Of a stretch of DNA of 60,793 nt, positions 45,169 through 54,328 are shown piece by piece. Made by a program: the position numbers and the translations under genes. The notes beneath the pieces are model-generated. The model had not been told where the DNA came from and made no database searches. It saw only the letters and a list, made by a program, of their open reading frames with translations. Position 1 is the first letter of the stretch, and every line of letters begins with the position of its first letter. Origin of the DNA: an uncultured Rhodobacterales bacterium (GTDB taxonomy: Bacteria > Pseudomonadota > Alphaproteobacteria > Puniceispirillales > GCA-002684695); the NCBI GenBank assembly GCA_964502335.1, contig CAZCWO010000001.1:1-60793 (forward strand). The letters are read 5' to 3'.

Positions 45169-45933
45169 ATGGTAGTGATCAATCCAACGAACAAATCCGT
45201 AGAGTCATATAAAGGACTTCACCTTTACCACGGCGATATATCGAATTGCTCAATGAGAGTTCGCATGGCATTGATAGAAAAGGACCTTCCTTGGACAAGT
45301 CATCATATTGACCTGAAGAAAAAAGAAAATATTACGGATGATTATTTTGGAATTAATCCCAATGGTCTTGTTCCGACTCTGGTTGACAATGGTATAGTTC
45401 ATATCGAGTCTAACGATATTATTAATTATCTCGATGAAACGTATCCCCAACCTTCTTTACGCCCCCAGAATGGAGAAAATAAGATGCTGGAATGGTTAAA
45501 ATTAGCAGCGTCACTTCATGTCCCAGCGATCAAGCCATATGTCTATGCGACAATGATTCAGAAAAAAGTGAAAAAAACCGCCGAGGAACAAAAAAAATAC
45601 GACGAACTTCAAAAAAATAAGGAGCTAAAGGAATTCCACTCAAAACATGCTGGTGATAAATCTTTTGGCAATGCCAGCATTGCCAAATCTGTTGAAATTC
45701 TCGAGGGTTGTTTTAACAAGCTAGAGAAAACATTAGAGGGGCGTGAATGGATCATGGGCGATAAATTTACATTGGCCGACATTTCCTGGATCCCGCTGCA
45801 TTTTGTACTCGTTGGATGTGGTTATCCATTTGAAAAGTATTCAAACATTTCCAGATGGTCTGAAAACTGTAGAAGTAGACCAAGTTTTAAGGAGGGAGTG
45901 TTGAAATGGTGCCCCGATTTCTCAAAGGTTTAA
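45169..45933 (+). CDS. glutathione S-transferase family protein with a long inter-domain insertion (GDAP1/LigF-like architecture)
   Basis: The ATG at 45169 is preceded by AAGGGAGA. The N-domain reads LHLYHGDISNCSMRVRMALIEKDLPW..INPNGLVPTLVDNGIVHIESNDIINYLDE. The ORF-track start at 45043 would run through the operator sites. Confidence 0.8.
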   Translation: MVVINPTNKSVESYKGLHLYHGDISNCSMRVRMALIEKDLPWTSHHIDLKKKENITDDYFGINPNGLVPTLVDNGIVHIESNDIINYLDETYPQPSLRPQNGENKMLEWLKLAASLHVPAIKPYVYATMIQKKVKKTAEEQKKYDELQKNKELKEFHSKHAGDKSFGNASIAKSVEILEGCFNKLEKTLEGREWIMGDKFTLADISWIPLHFVLVGCGYPFEKYSNISRWSENCRSRPSFKEGVLKWCPDFSKV

Positions 45934-45978
45934 TTATAATCTATATACACCGCCAATAGAAGGAAATAAAGACAAATT

Positions 45979-47418
45979 ATGGAAACTAAAACTAAAAGCA
46001 AACCACTTAAGCATTTTATAAACGGAGAGTGGGTCGAAGCAGAAACTGGCAATATTTTTGACGTTATGAACCCTCTCGATGATAGCCTTTACGCGCATGC
46101 GGCAAAAGGAACTGAAAGTGATATTCGAAAGGCTGTATCTGCAGCCAAATCAGCTTTCCCTGAATATCGAGAAACATTGCCTTCAGAACGGGAGCGCATG
46201 CTTCTCCGAATTGCTGAGATCATGGAAGAACGTAAGTCTGAACTTGTGGATTGTCTGATCGATGAGATTGGGTCACCGATACAAAAAGCAATGTTTGAAT
46301 TTACTAAGGGTCTTACTATGTTGCGTGCCGCTGCTGGATTGTGCCGCAATGTACGTGGTGAAACGATCCCATCTGATGCGCCTGGAAAGTTTTCGATGTC
46401 TATAAGGGAGCCATTGGGTGTCGTTGCAGTTATTACGCCGTTCAACGTACCACTGATCAAAACCACCCGGCTTGTCGCCAATGCTTTATCGCTAGGAAAT
46501 ACCGTCGTTCATCTGCCTTCAGAATTGGCGCCACATCTTACGGTTCTTTTCGCTGAAATCGTTGCCGACGCAGGATTTCCAGCGGGCTCTTATAATGTTG
46601 TAACTGGTTATGGTCATGAAATAGGTGATGCCCTTACCAGCCATAAAGACGTAGATTTTGTTACCTTCACAGGATCTACAGTCGTAGGGCAACACATCAG
46701 TGAAATTTGTGCAAAAAATAAAACTCCTAACACTCTTGAGCTTGGAGGCAAGAGTCCAACTGTTGTTCTGGCTGATGCAGAACTTGATAAAGTCATACCA
46801 GTCGCAGCTCGATCAATATTCATGTTTGCTGGGCAGGCATGTATCGGGTCTAGCCGGTTTTATGTCGAGCGCTCAATCTACGATGAATTTGTGAAACGAT
46901 TTGCCATAGTGGCCTCAAAGGTTGGGATGGGTAACCTACGTGACCCCAACACAGTAATCGCGCCGATAATTTCAGACAGGCAACGTACCCGTATTAAAGA
47001 TCATATTGCCGATGCCGTCTCAAAGGGTGCGAAGGTGGTGGTTGGTGGTGAATGGAAGGGGAATCGTTGTCAACCGACGTTGCTGACCGGTGTCTCTGAG
47101 GAGATGACCGTCTGCAAATCTGAAACATTTGGGCCAGTTACATCCATTTATCCCATTGATAGCTATGAAGAAGGCCTAAAAAAAGCTAATGATACCGAAT
47201 ATGGTCTCTCATCTGCAATTTTTACTAATGATATAAAACGTGCCTTTCACTTTGCTAGAAATATTGAAGCAGGCATGTGCCATATAAACGGCCCGACAAT
47301 CCATGATGAAGCGCATGTGCCGTTTGGTGGCAATGGAGAAAGTGGCGTTGGCCGTGAAGGTACGGATGCAGATATGGAAGCAATGACGGAACTAAAATGG
47401 GTCACGGTACAATTATGA
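45979..47418 (+). CDS. NAD(P)+-dependent aldehyde dehydrogenase
   Basis: 479 aa, with ELGGKSP (catalytic Glu), GQACIGSSR (catalytic Cys) and ETFGPV. Confidence 0.95.
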   Translation: METKTKSKPLKHFINGEWVEAETGNIFDVMNPLDDSLYAHAAKGTESDIRKAVSAAKSAFPEYRETLPSERERMLLRIAEIMEERKSELVDCLIDEIGSPIQKAMFEFTKGLTMLRAAAGLCRNVRGETIPSDAPGKFSMSIREPLGVVAVITPFNVPLIKTTRLVANALSLGNTVVHLPSELAPHLTVLFAEIVADAGFPAGSYNVVTGYGHEIGDALTSHKDVDFVTFTGSTVVGQHISEICAKNKTPNTLELGGKSPTVVLADAELDKVIPVAARSIFMFAGQACIGSSRFYVERSIYDEFVKRFAIVASKVGMGNLRDPNTVIAPIISDRQRTRIKDHIADAVSKGAKVVVGGEWKGNRCQPTLLTGVSEEMTVCKSETFGPVTSIYPIDSYEEGLKKANDTEYGLSSAIFTNDIKRAFHFARNIEAGMCHINGPTIHDEAHVPFGGNGESGVGREGTDADMEAMTELKWVTVQL

Positions 47419-48236
47419 CATATACACTTTATCATCACGGATCTTCCGTTTGTGCCGCCAAAGTAAGATTAGCGATGGACGAAAAGGGTCTTGAATGGGA
47501 TGGCGTTTACATTGACATCCTTAAAGGTGAGCAATTTGACCCAGAATATCTTAAACTAAATCCCAAAGGTCTGGTGCCAACCTTGATACACGATGAAACA
47601 GTCATTCCTGATTCCACTGTAATTATAGAATATTTAGACCAAATTGAACCTGAAACTAGCATTCATCCAACGGATCCTTGGGAACGTGCGCAATCCAGAT
47701 ATTGGACTAAAGCAGTTGATGAGGATCTTCATCCAGCTTGTGGTGCAGTTACTTTTGTATGTTCGCATAGGCACACTGTCTTAAAAAACCTTGGGCCGAA
47801 GGGGATAAAGAAATTTTTAGCCTCAACCCCTACTTTTTCAGTTACATCAAATTGGAAGGATCAGAAGGACGGGTTTATTAGATATGGATTTGATGCGCCC
47901 GGCGCTATAGATAAAATCAAATTATATGATAATTATCTCCACAAGATGGAGAAAGCGTTAAAAGGAGGGAATGATTGGCTAGTGGGTAATAAGTTCATGA
48001 TCGCTGATCTTGCCATGACACCATACGTCAATCGACTAGCCATGATGTCTATGCGTGATATGTGGGAAAAAGGCCGCTTACCTAATTTAGAAAAATGGTT
48101 CGCCCGAGTGGAAGCACGCCAAAATTTCAAGAAGTGCTTGATCGATTGGGTACCAGAAGATCTAACAAACGATTTGCGAGAAAATGGTGCCAAAAGTTGG
48201 CCAGAGGTTGCAAAAATTCTTGAAATCAAAATCTGA
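47415..48236 (+). CDS. glutathione S-transferase family protein (GDAP1/LigF-like architecture), second copy
   Basis: The ATG at 47415 overlaps the ALDH stop (ATGA). It has LYHHGSSVCAAKVRLAMDEKGLEW..LNPKGLVPTLIHDETVIPDSTVIIEYLD. Confidence 0.85.
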   Translation: MTYTLYHHGSSVCAAKVRLAMDEKGLEWDGVYIDILKGEQFDPEYLKLNPKGLVPTLIHDETVIPDSTVIIEYLDQIEPETSIHPTDPWERAQSRYWTKAVDEDLHPACGAVTFVCSHRHTVLKNLGPKGIKKFLASTPTFSVTSNWKDQKDGFIRYGFDAPGAIDKIKLYDNYLHKMEKALKGGNDWLVGNKFMIADLAMTPYVNRLAMMSMRDMWEKGRLPNLEKWFARVEARQNFKKCLIDWVPEDLTNDLRENGAKSWPEVAKILEIKI

Positions 48237-48251
48237 ACAAAGGAGAAAACA

Positions 48252-49007
48252 ATGGATCGTTTAACAGGAAAAACAGTTGTAATAACCGGTGCTGCACGTG
48301 GAATTGGAGCGATTATGGCTAGTCAATTGGCGCAAGAAGGTGCAAATGTCGTGGTCACGGATGTACTAGACATCAAAAATACAGTAAGCAAAATCAAAAG
48401 CAATGGGGGTATTGCTATGGGTTTAAACATAAATGTTACGTCAGATGATGACCTCGCACATATGGTTGAGGCCACTGTAAAGGAATTTAGCAGTTTGGAT
48501 ATTCTTATCAATAATGCATCTATTTTTGCAGCACTTCAACCCAAGCCTTTTTTGCAAATCGATAATGATGAATTTGATAAAGTCATGACAGTCAACGCAA
48601 GAGGCGTGCACCAGGCTACGAAAGCAGTTATCCCAGAAATGTTACGTGTGGGCGGGGGTAAAATTGTGAATATTGCGTCGGGAACTTTTTATTATGGTCC
48701 TCCAGGTTTGTCACACTATACCGCATCCAAAGCAGCTGTAATTGCACTAACCCGAAGTCACGCTCGCGAACTAGGAGAAAAGAACATTCAAATTAATGCG
48801 ATCGCACCAGGTCTCACCGAAAGTGAATCTATTCAAGGGCACACAGGATTTGATCCTGCACGTGGGCCGACTGTCCAATCACGTTCCATCAAACGAGCAA
48901 TGGTTCCCGAAGATCTGTTAGGAACTTTAATGTACCTGATCACATCTGACAGTGATTTTGTCACGGGACAAACTTTGAATGTAGATGGGGGAAAAATAAA
49001 TCTTTAA
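48252..49007 (+). CDS. short-chain dehydrogenase/reductase (classical SDR)
   Basis: It has TGAARGIGA, NNAS and YTASKAA, with a C-terminal ..GQTLNVDGG... Confidence 0.95.
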   Translation: MDRLTGKTVVITGAARGIGAIMASQLAQEGANVVVTDVLDIKNTVSKIKSNGGIAMGLNINVTSDDDLAHMVEATVKEFSSLDILINNASIFAALQPKPFLQIDNDEFDKVMTVNARGVHQATKAVIPEMLRVGGGKIVNIASGTFYYGPPGLSHYTASKAAVIALTRSHARELGEKNIQINAIAPGLTESESIQGHTGFDPARGPTVQSRSIKRAMVPEDLLGTLMYLITSDSDFVTGQTLNVDGGKINL

Positions 49008-49032
49008 GGAATAACAAAATTGACTTATAAAT

Positions 49033-49305
49033 ATGAAAAATAACATCCAAGAACCTACTTTCTTTGAAAAAGCTTTCAGAGGAGGAACCCCACTAAAAGT
49101 TCTTTTAACTGCGAGTGTTGTAGGGACAATTTTGATTATAATTAATCATGGCGATGTTATCATTCATGGAGAATTTCCAAACATCCTGAAAGTCATGCTT
49201 ACATATTGTGTGCCTTTTTTAGTTACAATATGGGGCGCAGTGTTAGGAAAAAAATATCAATGGGAAAAAGATTATGCACAAAAAATTAGCGACCTTGAAA
49301 ATTAA
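49033..49305 (+). CDS. small integral membrane protein (two predicted TM helices; possibly NrtS-like)
   Basis: 90 aa, with hydrophobic segments LKVLLTASVVGTILIIINHG and VMLTYCVPFLVTIWGAVLG. The resemblance to NrtS-type small proteins is a weak recollection only. Confidence 0.4.
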   Translation: MKNNIQEPTFFEKAFRGGTPLKVLLTASVVGTILIIINHGDVIIHGEFPNILKVMLTYCVPFLVTIWGAVLGKKYQWEKDYAQKISDLEN

Positions 49306-49369
49306 AATAAATTAACATAAAATTAAAACTAGACAATTTATTTATATGATAGAAAGAAAGGAGCATTTG

Positions 49370-49768
49370 ATGACCCAACGCGATTATGATGATGTGCCCG
49401 GAACCTACGTTTTGGATAGCCGAAGTTACCGCAAAGGGTATAGTCTCAACATGTTTTTGATGACACTGAACAAGTCTGTTCACCGTGATGAGTTTGCTTT
49501 GAATGAAAATGGCTATCTTGATAAGTTTAATGTGTCAAAAGAGCAAAAACAGGCTGTTATAGAACGTGACTATTTGCAGATGCTTAAACTTGGCGCAAAT
49601 GTCTACTATACTTTCAAACTCGTCAGCCATGACCGTCTCCAACCACAATATATGTATGGCAAAATGAGTGATCCAGAACTGAGTTTTGAGGAATTTCAGC
49701 AGATGATGCTATCAGGTGGAAGATCAATAGAGGGCAATCGAAGTAAAAAGGAGAAGAAAAATGGCTAG
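49370..49768 (+). CDS. ligA: protocatechuate 4,5-dioxygenase alpha subunit
   Basis: It starts MTQRDYDDVPGTYVLDSRSYRKGYSLNMFLMTLNK, a LigA-type N-terminus. AAGGAG lies 8 nt upstream of the ATG at 49370. It overlaps ligB by 8 nt. Confidence 0.9.
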   Translation: MTQRDYDDVPGTYVLDSRSYRKGYSLNMFLMTLNKSVHRDEFALNENGYLDKFNVSKEQKQAVIERDYLQMLKLGANVYYTFKLVSHDRLQPQYMYGKMSDPELSFEEFQQMMLSGGRSIEGNRSKKEKKNG

Positions 49769-50600
49769 AATTATATCTGGAATGGGAACTTCCCACGTCC
49801 CAGGAGTAGGGGCGGCAATCGACAATGGCAAAACAGATGAGCCCTACTGGAAACCACTATTTGCAGGATTTGAGCCATTGCGTGCTTGGCATCGTAAGCA
49901 TGTCCCAGATGTCAATATAATAGTTTTTAATGATCATGCTACATCCTTTTCACTTGATAAATATTCTACTTTTACTTTAGGAGTTGCCGAAACCTTCAAA
50001 CCTGCAGATGAAGGCTGGGGACCACGAAAGGTTCCTGATGTTCAGGGTCATCCTGATCTTGCTTGGCATATCTTAGAACAGCTTATCTTTGAAGAGTTTG
50101 ATATGGCAGTTGCCGGTAGCCTTGATGTTGATCACGGTCTGACGGTGCCCTTATCCATTGCCTATGATCAACCCAATCAATGGCCAACCGCAGTTATTCC
50201 ATTATGTGTCAACGTAATCCAATATCCACAACCTACAGCTTTGCGTTGTTACAAACTGGGGCAAGCAATTAAGCGGGCCGTTGAAAAGTTTGATCAGGAC
50301 CTCACTGTCAGCATCTGGGGCACTGGGGGCTTATCTCATCAACTTGGTGGTGAGAGAGCTGGCGTTGTTAATCCAGAATTTGACAAGGTTTTTTTAGACA
50401 ATATTGTCTCTGATCCACTTGCGAATACCCGTTTCACTCATACTGATTTTATCCGTGAGGCCGGATGTGAGGGCATTGAGATGATCATGTGGAATGTGAT
50501 GCGTGGTGCATTAAATGAGAAAGTTAACGAAGTTTATCGTTTCTATCACATTCCCGTTTCGGCAACCGCCTATGGCGCTATGATTTTAGAAAATACTTAA
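49761..50600 (+). CDS. ligB: protocatechuate 4,5-dioxygenase beta subunit (catalytic)
   Basis: It has MARIISGMGTSHVPGVGAAI..VFNDHATSF.., collinear with LigB of Sphingobium sp. SYK-6 as I remember it. Confidence 0.95.
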   Translation: MARIISGMGTSHVPGVGAAIDNGKTDEPYWKPLFAGFEPLRAWHRKHVPDVNIIVFNDHATSFSLDKYSTFTLGVAETFKPADEGWGPRKVPDVQGHPDLAWHILEQLIFEEFDMAVAGSLDVDHGLTVPLSIAYDQPNQWPTAVIPLCVNVIQYPQPTALRCYKLGQAIKRAVEKFDQDLTVSIWGTGGLSHQLGGERAGVVNPEFDKVFLDNIVSDPLANTRFTHTDFIREAGCEGIEMIMWNVMRGALNEKVNEVYRFYHIPVSATAYGAMILENT

Positions 50601-50624
50601 GATTTACCTATAGGAACAAATACA

Positions 50625-51578
50625 ATGAAAAAAATAAAAATTGGCGTTGCAGGTGCCAATGGTGCTTTTGGGACAAAACATCTTCAAGCACTTTCAGCTA
50701 TTGATGATGTAGAAGTTGCAGCTGTAATGGCAACGTCACTCAATAAAGCAAATCTTGTTGGTGATGAATTCTCTGTTCCTCTCCGTTTTGATGATTATGA
50801 AGCATTTATTGCCAGTGATAAAATTGATGCTGTGATTCTGGCCACTCCTACCCAGCTTCACGCAGCACAAGGAATTAGTGCAATGGAAGCAGGAAAACAT
50901 GTGCTAGTGGAAATTCCTATGGCTGATAGTTTAGCAGATTCGGAAAGACTTGTTGCTAAACAGCAGGAAACAAATCTTGTCGGTATGGCTGGGCATGTGC
51001 GCCGCTTTAACCCATCCCATCAATGGATACATAACAAAATTAAGGCAAACGAATTGTCAGTTCAGCAAATGGATGTGCAAACCTATTTTTTCCGTAGAAC
51101 AAACATGAATGCTAAAGGCGAGCCTCGTTCATGGACGGATCACCTTCTTTGGCATCATGCCTGCCATACAGTCGATCTCTTTTTACATCAAACAGGTGAA
51201 AATATTAAAGAAGTTCACGCTGTTCAAGGACCGAAACATGATATGCTGGGAATTTCGATGGACATGGCAATAATTCTTAAAACAGATAATGGCAAGCTGT
51301 GCACATTGTCACTATCATTCAATAATGATGGGCCCCTTGGCTCATTTATCCGATACATTTGTGATAATGGAACTTATGTTGCGAGTTATGATGATTTGTT
51401 TGACGGTCGAAATGAACAGATAGATGTATCAAATATTGATGTGTCAACGAACGGTATTGAATTGATTGATAGAGAATTTATCCATGCAATTAAAGACGGC
51501 AGGGAACCCAGAGCAAGTTTTGCTCAGTGCCTGCCAACCATGAAAGTTCTGCATGATATTGAAAAAATGATGACCTGA
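50625..51578 (+). CDS. ligC: 4-carboxy-2-hydroxymuconate-6-semialdehyde dehydrogenase (Gfo/Idh/MocA family)
   Basis: It has the stretch GHVRRFNPSHQWIHNKI..QQMDVQTYFFRRTNMNAKGEPRSWTDHLLWHHACHTVDLF, near-identical to the LigC pattern. Confidence 0.9.
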   Translation: MKKIKIGVAGANGAFGTKHLQALSAIDDVEVAAVMATSLNKANLVGDEFSVPLRFDDYEAFIASDKIDAVILATPTQLHAAQGISAMEAGKHVLVEIPMADSLADSERLVAKQQETNLVGMAGHVRRFNPSHQWIHNKIKANELSVQQMDVQTYFFRRTNMNAKGEPRSWTDHLLWHHACHTVDLFLHQTGENIKEVHAVQGPKHDMLGISMDMAIILKTDNGKLCTLSLSFNNDGPLGSFIRYICDNGTYVASYDDLFDGRNEQIDVSNIDVSTNGIELIDREFIHAIKDGREPRASFAQCLPTMKVLHDIEKMMT

Positions 51579-51584
51579 TAAGTA

Positions 51585-52688
51585 ATGACTAACCAAACAG
51601 CTATTCCCTTCATGCAAATCAGAGGAGGCAGTTCTAAAGGGGTATATTTCCGTGCTGATGACCTACCGTCAAATAAAGAAAAAAAAGAATCTGTTTTAAA
51701 ATGGGTAATTGGCGCCTTCGGTGACCCACGCCAAATTGACGGACTAGGAGGAGCTGATCCGTTGACTTCAAAAATCGCTATTGTTGAAAAGTCTAAACAC
51801 CTTGATTGTGATATTGACTACAGTTTTGTTCAGGCTATTGTTGGTGAAGATAAACTGGATGACACGCCTAATTGCGGAAATCTATTAGCTGGTGTAGGTG
51901 CTTTTGCTTTAGAATCGGGACTGATTTCAGCAAAAGGTAACGAAGCAGAAATCAGTGTTTACATGAATAATAGTGGCAATCGTTGTGACCTTAACTTTCC
52001 TATAAAAAATGGCCAGCCGATTTACAATGGGAAAACCACAATTGACGGTGTTTATGGCACCTCTGCTCCTGTCATGTGCCGATATTATGACCTTGCAGGC
52101 TCAGCAACAGGCAGCATCCTGCCAACAGGCTATGTCTGTAATGAATTTGAAAGCATCAAAGTAACCTGTGTAGATAATGGCATGCCAGTAGTGTGTATGC
52201 GTGCTGAAGATTTTGGTCTGACAGGCAACGAGACGCCAAATGAACTTGATGGCAATGATGATTTGAAAAAAAAAATTGAATCCATTCGTCTTAAGGCGGG
52301 AGCTGCAATGATGTTAGGGAATGTGGCAGCCAAAGCTGTGCCTAAAATGTGTCTTGTTTCTCAGCCTCAAGCAGGAGGATCATTTAGTACTCGTACCTTT
52401 ATTCCAAAACATTGCCATAAAGCCATCGGTGTATTAGGAGCTGTATCTGTTGCAACTGCAGCACTTTATGAGCGCAGTTCTATCCATGATCTGGCGATCA
52501 TACCAGAAGGTTTGAGTAAATTGATGCGCATTGAACATCCTTCAGGATCGTTTGATGTTGAACTTGAACTGAACCCAGAAAGCACAGGTATTGATATTGT
52601 TCGTGCAGGACTTTTGCGTACTGCAAGACTAATTAGCAAGGGGGAAGTCTATGTTCCGAAAACAATCTGGCAGGGAGCACAAAGTTGA
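51585..52688 (+). CDS. ligU: PrpF-family isomerase (4-oxalomesaconate tautomerase / OMA delta-isomerase)
   Basis: 367 aa with the N-terminal IPFMQIRGGSSKGVYF that is characteristic of PrpF/GalD/LigU. Its position inside the lig operon supports the call. Confidence 0.8.
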   Translation: MTNQTAIPFMQIRGGSSKGVYFRADDLPSNKEKKESVLKWVIGAFGDPRQIDGLGGADPLTSKIAIVEKSKHLDCDIDYSFVQAIVGEDKLDDTPNCGNLLAGVGAFALESGLISAKGNEAEISVYMNNSGNRCDLNFPIKNGQPIYNGKTTIDGVYGTSAPVMCRYYDLAGSATGSILPTGYVCNEFESIKVTCVDNGMPVVCMRAEDFGLTGNETPNELDGNDDLKKKIESIRLKAGAAMMLGNVAAKAVPKMCLVSQPQAGGSFSTRTFIPKHCHKAIGVLGAVSVATAALYERSSIHDLAIIPEGLSKLMRIEHPSGSFDVELELNPESTGIDIVRAGLLRTARLISKGEVYVPKTIWQGAQS

Positions 52689-53593
52689 CTGACTATATTC
52701 ATCCAGCAACGGGTAAAAATAGCTGCATGCCACCTAACCCTGATACGCGAACGCCTATTTTTAGGCCCCCACCCTTATCCTGTGATACACATTGCCACGT
52801 TTTCGGTCCACATGAGGTATTTCCATATCACAGTTCATCAACCTATCATCCCCCTGATGGCCCCAAAGAAAAACTTGATGAACTACACTCTATACTTGGC
52901 ATTGAACGTGCCGTCATTGTTCAAGCTTCGTGTCATGGTCCTGATAACAGAGCGATGCTTGATGCTATTTCCAAAAAACCGCATGCCCTTCGCGGAGTTT
53001 GCATCGCTGATGATAGTTTTTCTGATGAAGACTTTGCAGATCTTGATGCAGGTGGAGTGCGTGGCATCCGTTTCAATTTTGTTACTCATCTTGGTGGCAC
53101 CCCTGATCTGGATATGATGAAAAGGGTTCTTCATCGTGTTCTGCCTTTGGGTTGGCATTTGGTGATACATGTCAATGCTGAGGATATTATTAAATTTCAA
53201 GAATTTTTTCTTCAATTTAAGATGGAAATCATCGTTGATCATATGGGACGTGTACCAACATCAAATGGCCTGCATCAAAAAGCTTTTCAGATTTTGAAAG
53301 ATTTTGTGCGCCGTGATAACTGGTGGGTTAAGATTTGTGGCTCTGAACGTATCTCTTCTGCGGGACCGCCCTTTTATGATGCTGTCCCTTTTGCACAGGA
53401 ACTTGTCGGGATTGCGCCAGACAGAACCTTGTGGGGAACAGACTGGCCCCACCCCAATATAAAAAAATTTATGCCAAATGACGGTGATCTCGTGGATCTT
53501 GTTCCTCTTTTGGCCAAAGATGAGAATTTGCAGAAAAAAATTCTGGTTGATAATCCGGCCCGCCTTTATGGTTTTGATGATAAGGAGAAATGA
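52685..53593 (+). CDS. ligI: 2-pyrone-4,6-dicarboxylate lactonase (amidohydrolase superfamily)
   Basis: It has ..[10 protein letters not shown].., [25 protein letters not shown] and WGTDWPHPN. It starts with TTG at 52685, overlapping the ligU stop. Confidence 0.9.
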   Translation: MTDYIHPATGKNSCMPPNPDTRTPIFRPPPLSCDTHCHVFGPHEVFPYHSSSTYHPPDGPKEKLDELHSILGIERAVIVQASCHGPDNRAMLDAISKKPHALRGVCIADDSFSDEDFADLDAGGVRGIRFNFVTHLGGTPDLDMMKRVLHRVLPLGWHLVIHVNAEDIIKFQEFFLQFKMEIIVDHMGRVPTSNGLHQKAFQILKDFVRRDNWWVKICGSERISSAGPPFYDAVPFAQELVGIAPDRTLWGTDWPHPNIKKFMPNDGDLVDLVPLLAKDENLQKKILVDNPARLYGFDDKEK

Positions 53594-53594
53594 A

Positions 53595-54323
53595 ATGAAA
53601 ACAGTTGCAGTCAAAAATATTAAACGTGCTGATGCCCAAATTGCTGATAAGCTTGGTACTATTGGGGCATCTACAATTCATGAGGCACAAGGTCGTGTCG
53701 GTTTGATGAAACCCTATATGCGACCAATTTTTCCAAGTGCCCGCATTGGAGGAACAGCAGTTACTATATTGGTTCAACCTGGGGATAACTGGATGATCCA
53801 TGTCGCCATCGAACTTTGCCAGCAAGGTGATGTGCTCGTAGTCGCCTGCACCAGCGACAACACAGATGGTTTTTTTGGAGATTTGCTGGCAACATCAGCT
53901 CAGGCGCGTGGCGTAAAAGGTCTGGTGATAGATGCGGGAGTGCGGGACGTAGCTGATCTTCACAAAATGAATTTTCCAGTCTGGTCGCGTGCAGTTTCAT
54001 CCAAAGGCACTGTGAAAAACACTCTTGGGGCGGTAAATGTTCCCGTTATTTGTGCGGGTCAGTTAGTGTTTCCTGGAGATGTCATTGTTGCTGACGATGA
54101 TGGGGTTTGTGTTGTTGCCAGAAAAGAAGTAGAAACTGTTTTAAAAAAAGCAAAGCTCAGACTTACTGATGAAGAAGAAAAGCGGTCTCACTTCGCTAAG
54201 GGCGAACTGGGAATAGATATCTACAATATGCGTCCACGCCTAAAAGAAGCCGGGTTTGAGTATGTTGAAGATTTAGAAAGTTTGGGTTCATTTAATGGTA
54301 TCGACTGTCGCAAAAAGGATTAA
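53595..54323 (+). CDS. ligK: 4-carboxy-4-hydroxy-2-oxoadipate aldolase / oxaloacetate decarboxylase (RraA-like fold)
   Basis: The ATG at 53595 is preceded by AAGGAG (53582-53587) and lies 1 nt after the ligI stop. It reads [32 protein letters not shown]... The longer ORF-track start at 53478 lies inside ligI. Confidence 0.85.
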   Translation: MKTVAVKNIKRADAQIADKLGTIGASTIHEAQGRVGLMKPYMRPIFPSARIGGTAVTILVQPGDNWMIHVAIELCQQGDVLVVACTSDNTDGFFGDLLATSAQARGVKGLVIDAGVRDVADLHKMNFPVWSRAVSSKGTVKNTLGAVNVPVICAGQLVFPGDVIVADDDGVCVVARKEVETVLKKAKLRLTDEEEKRSHFAKGELGIDIYNMRPRLKEAGFEYVEDLESLGSFNGIDCRKKD

Positions 54324-54328
54324 AACTA

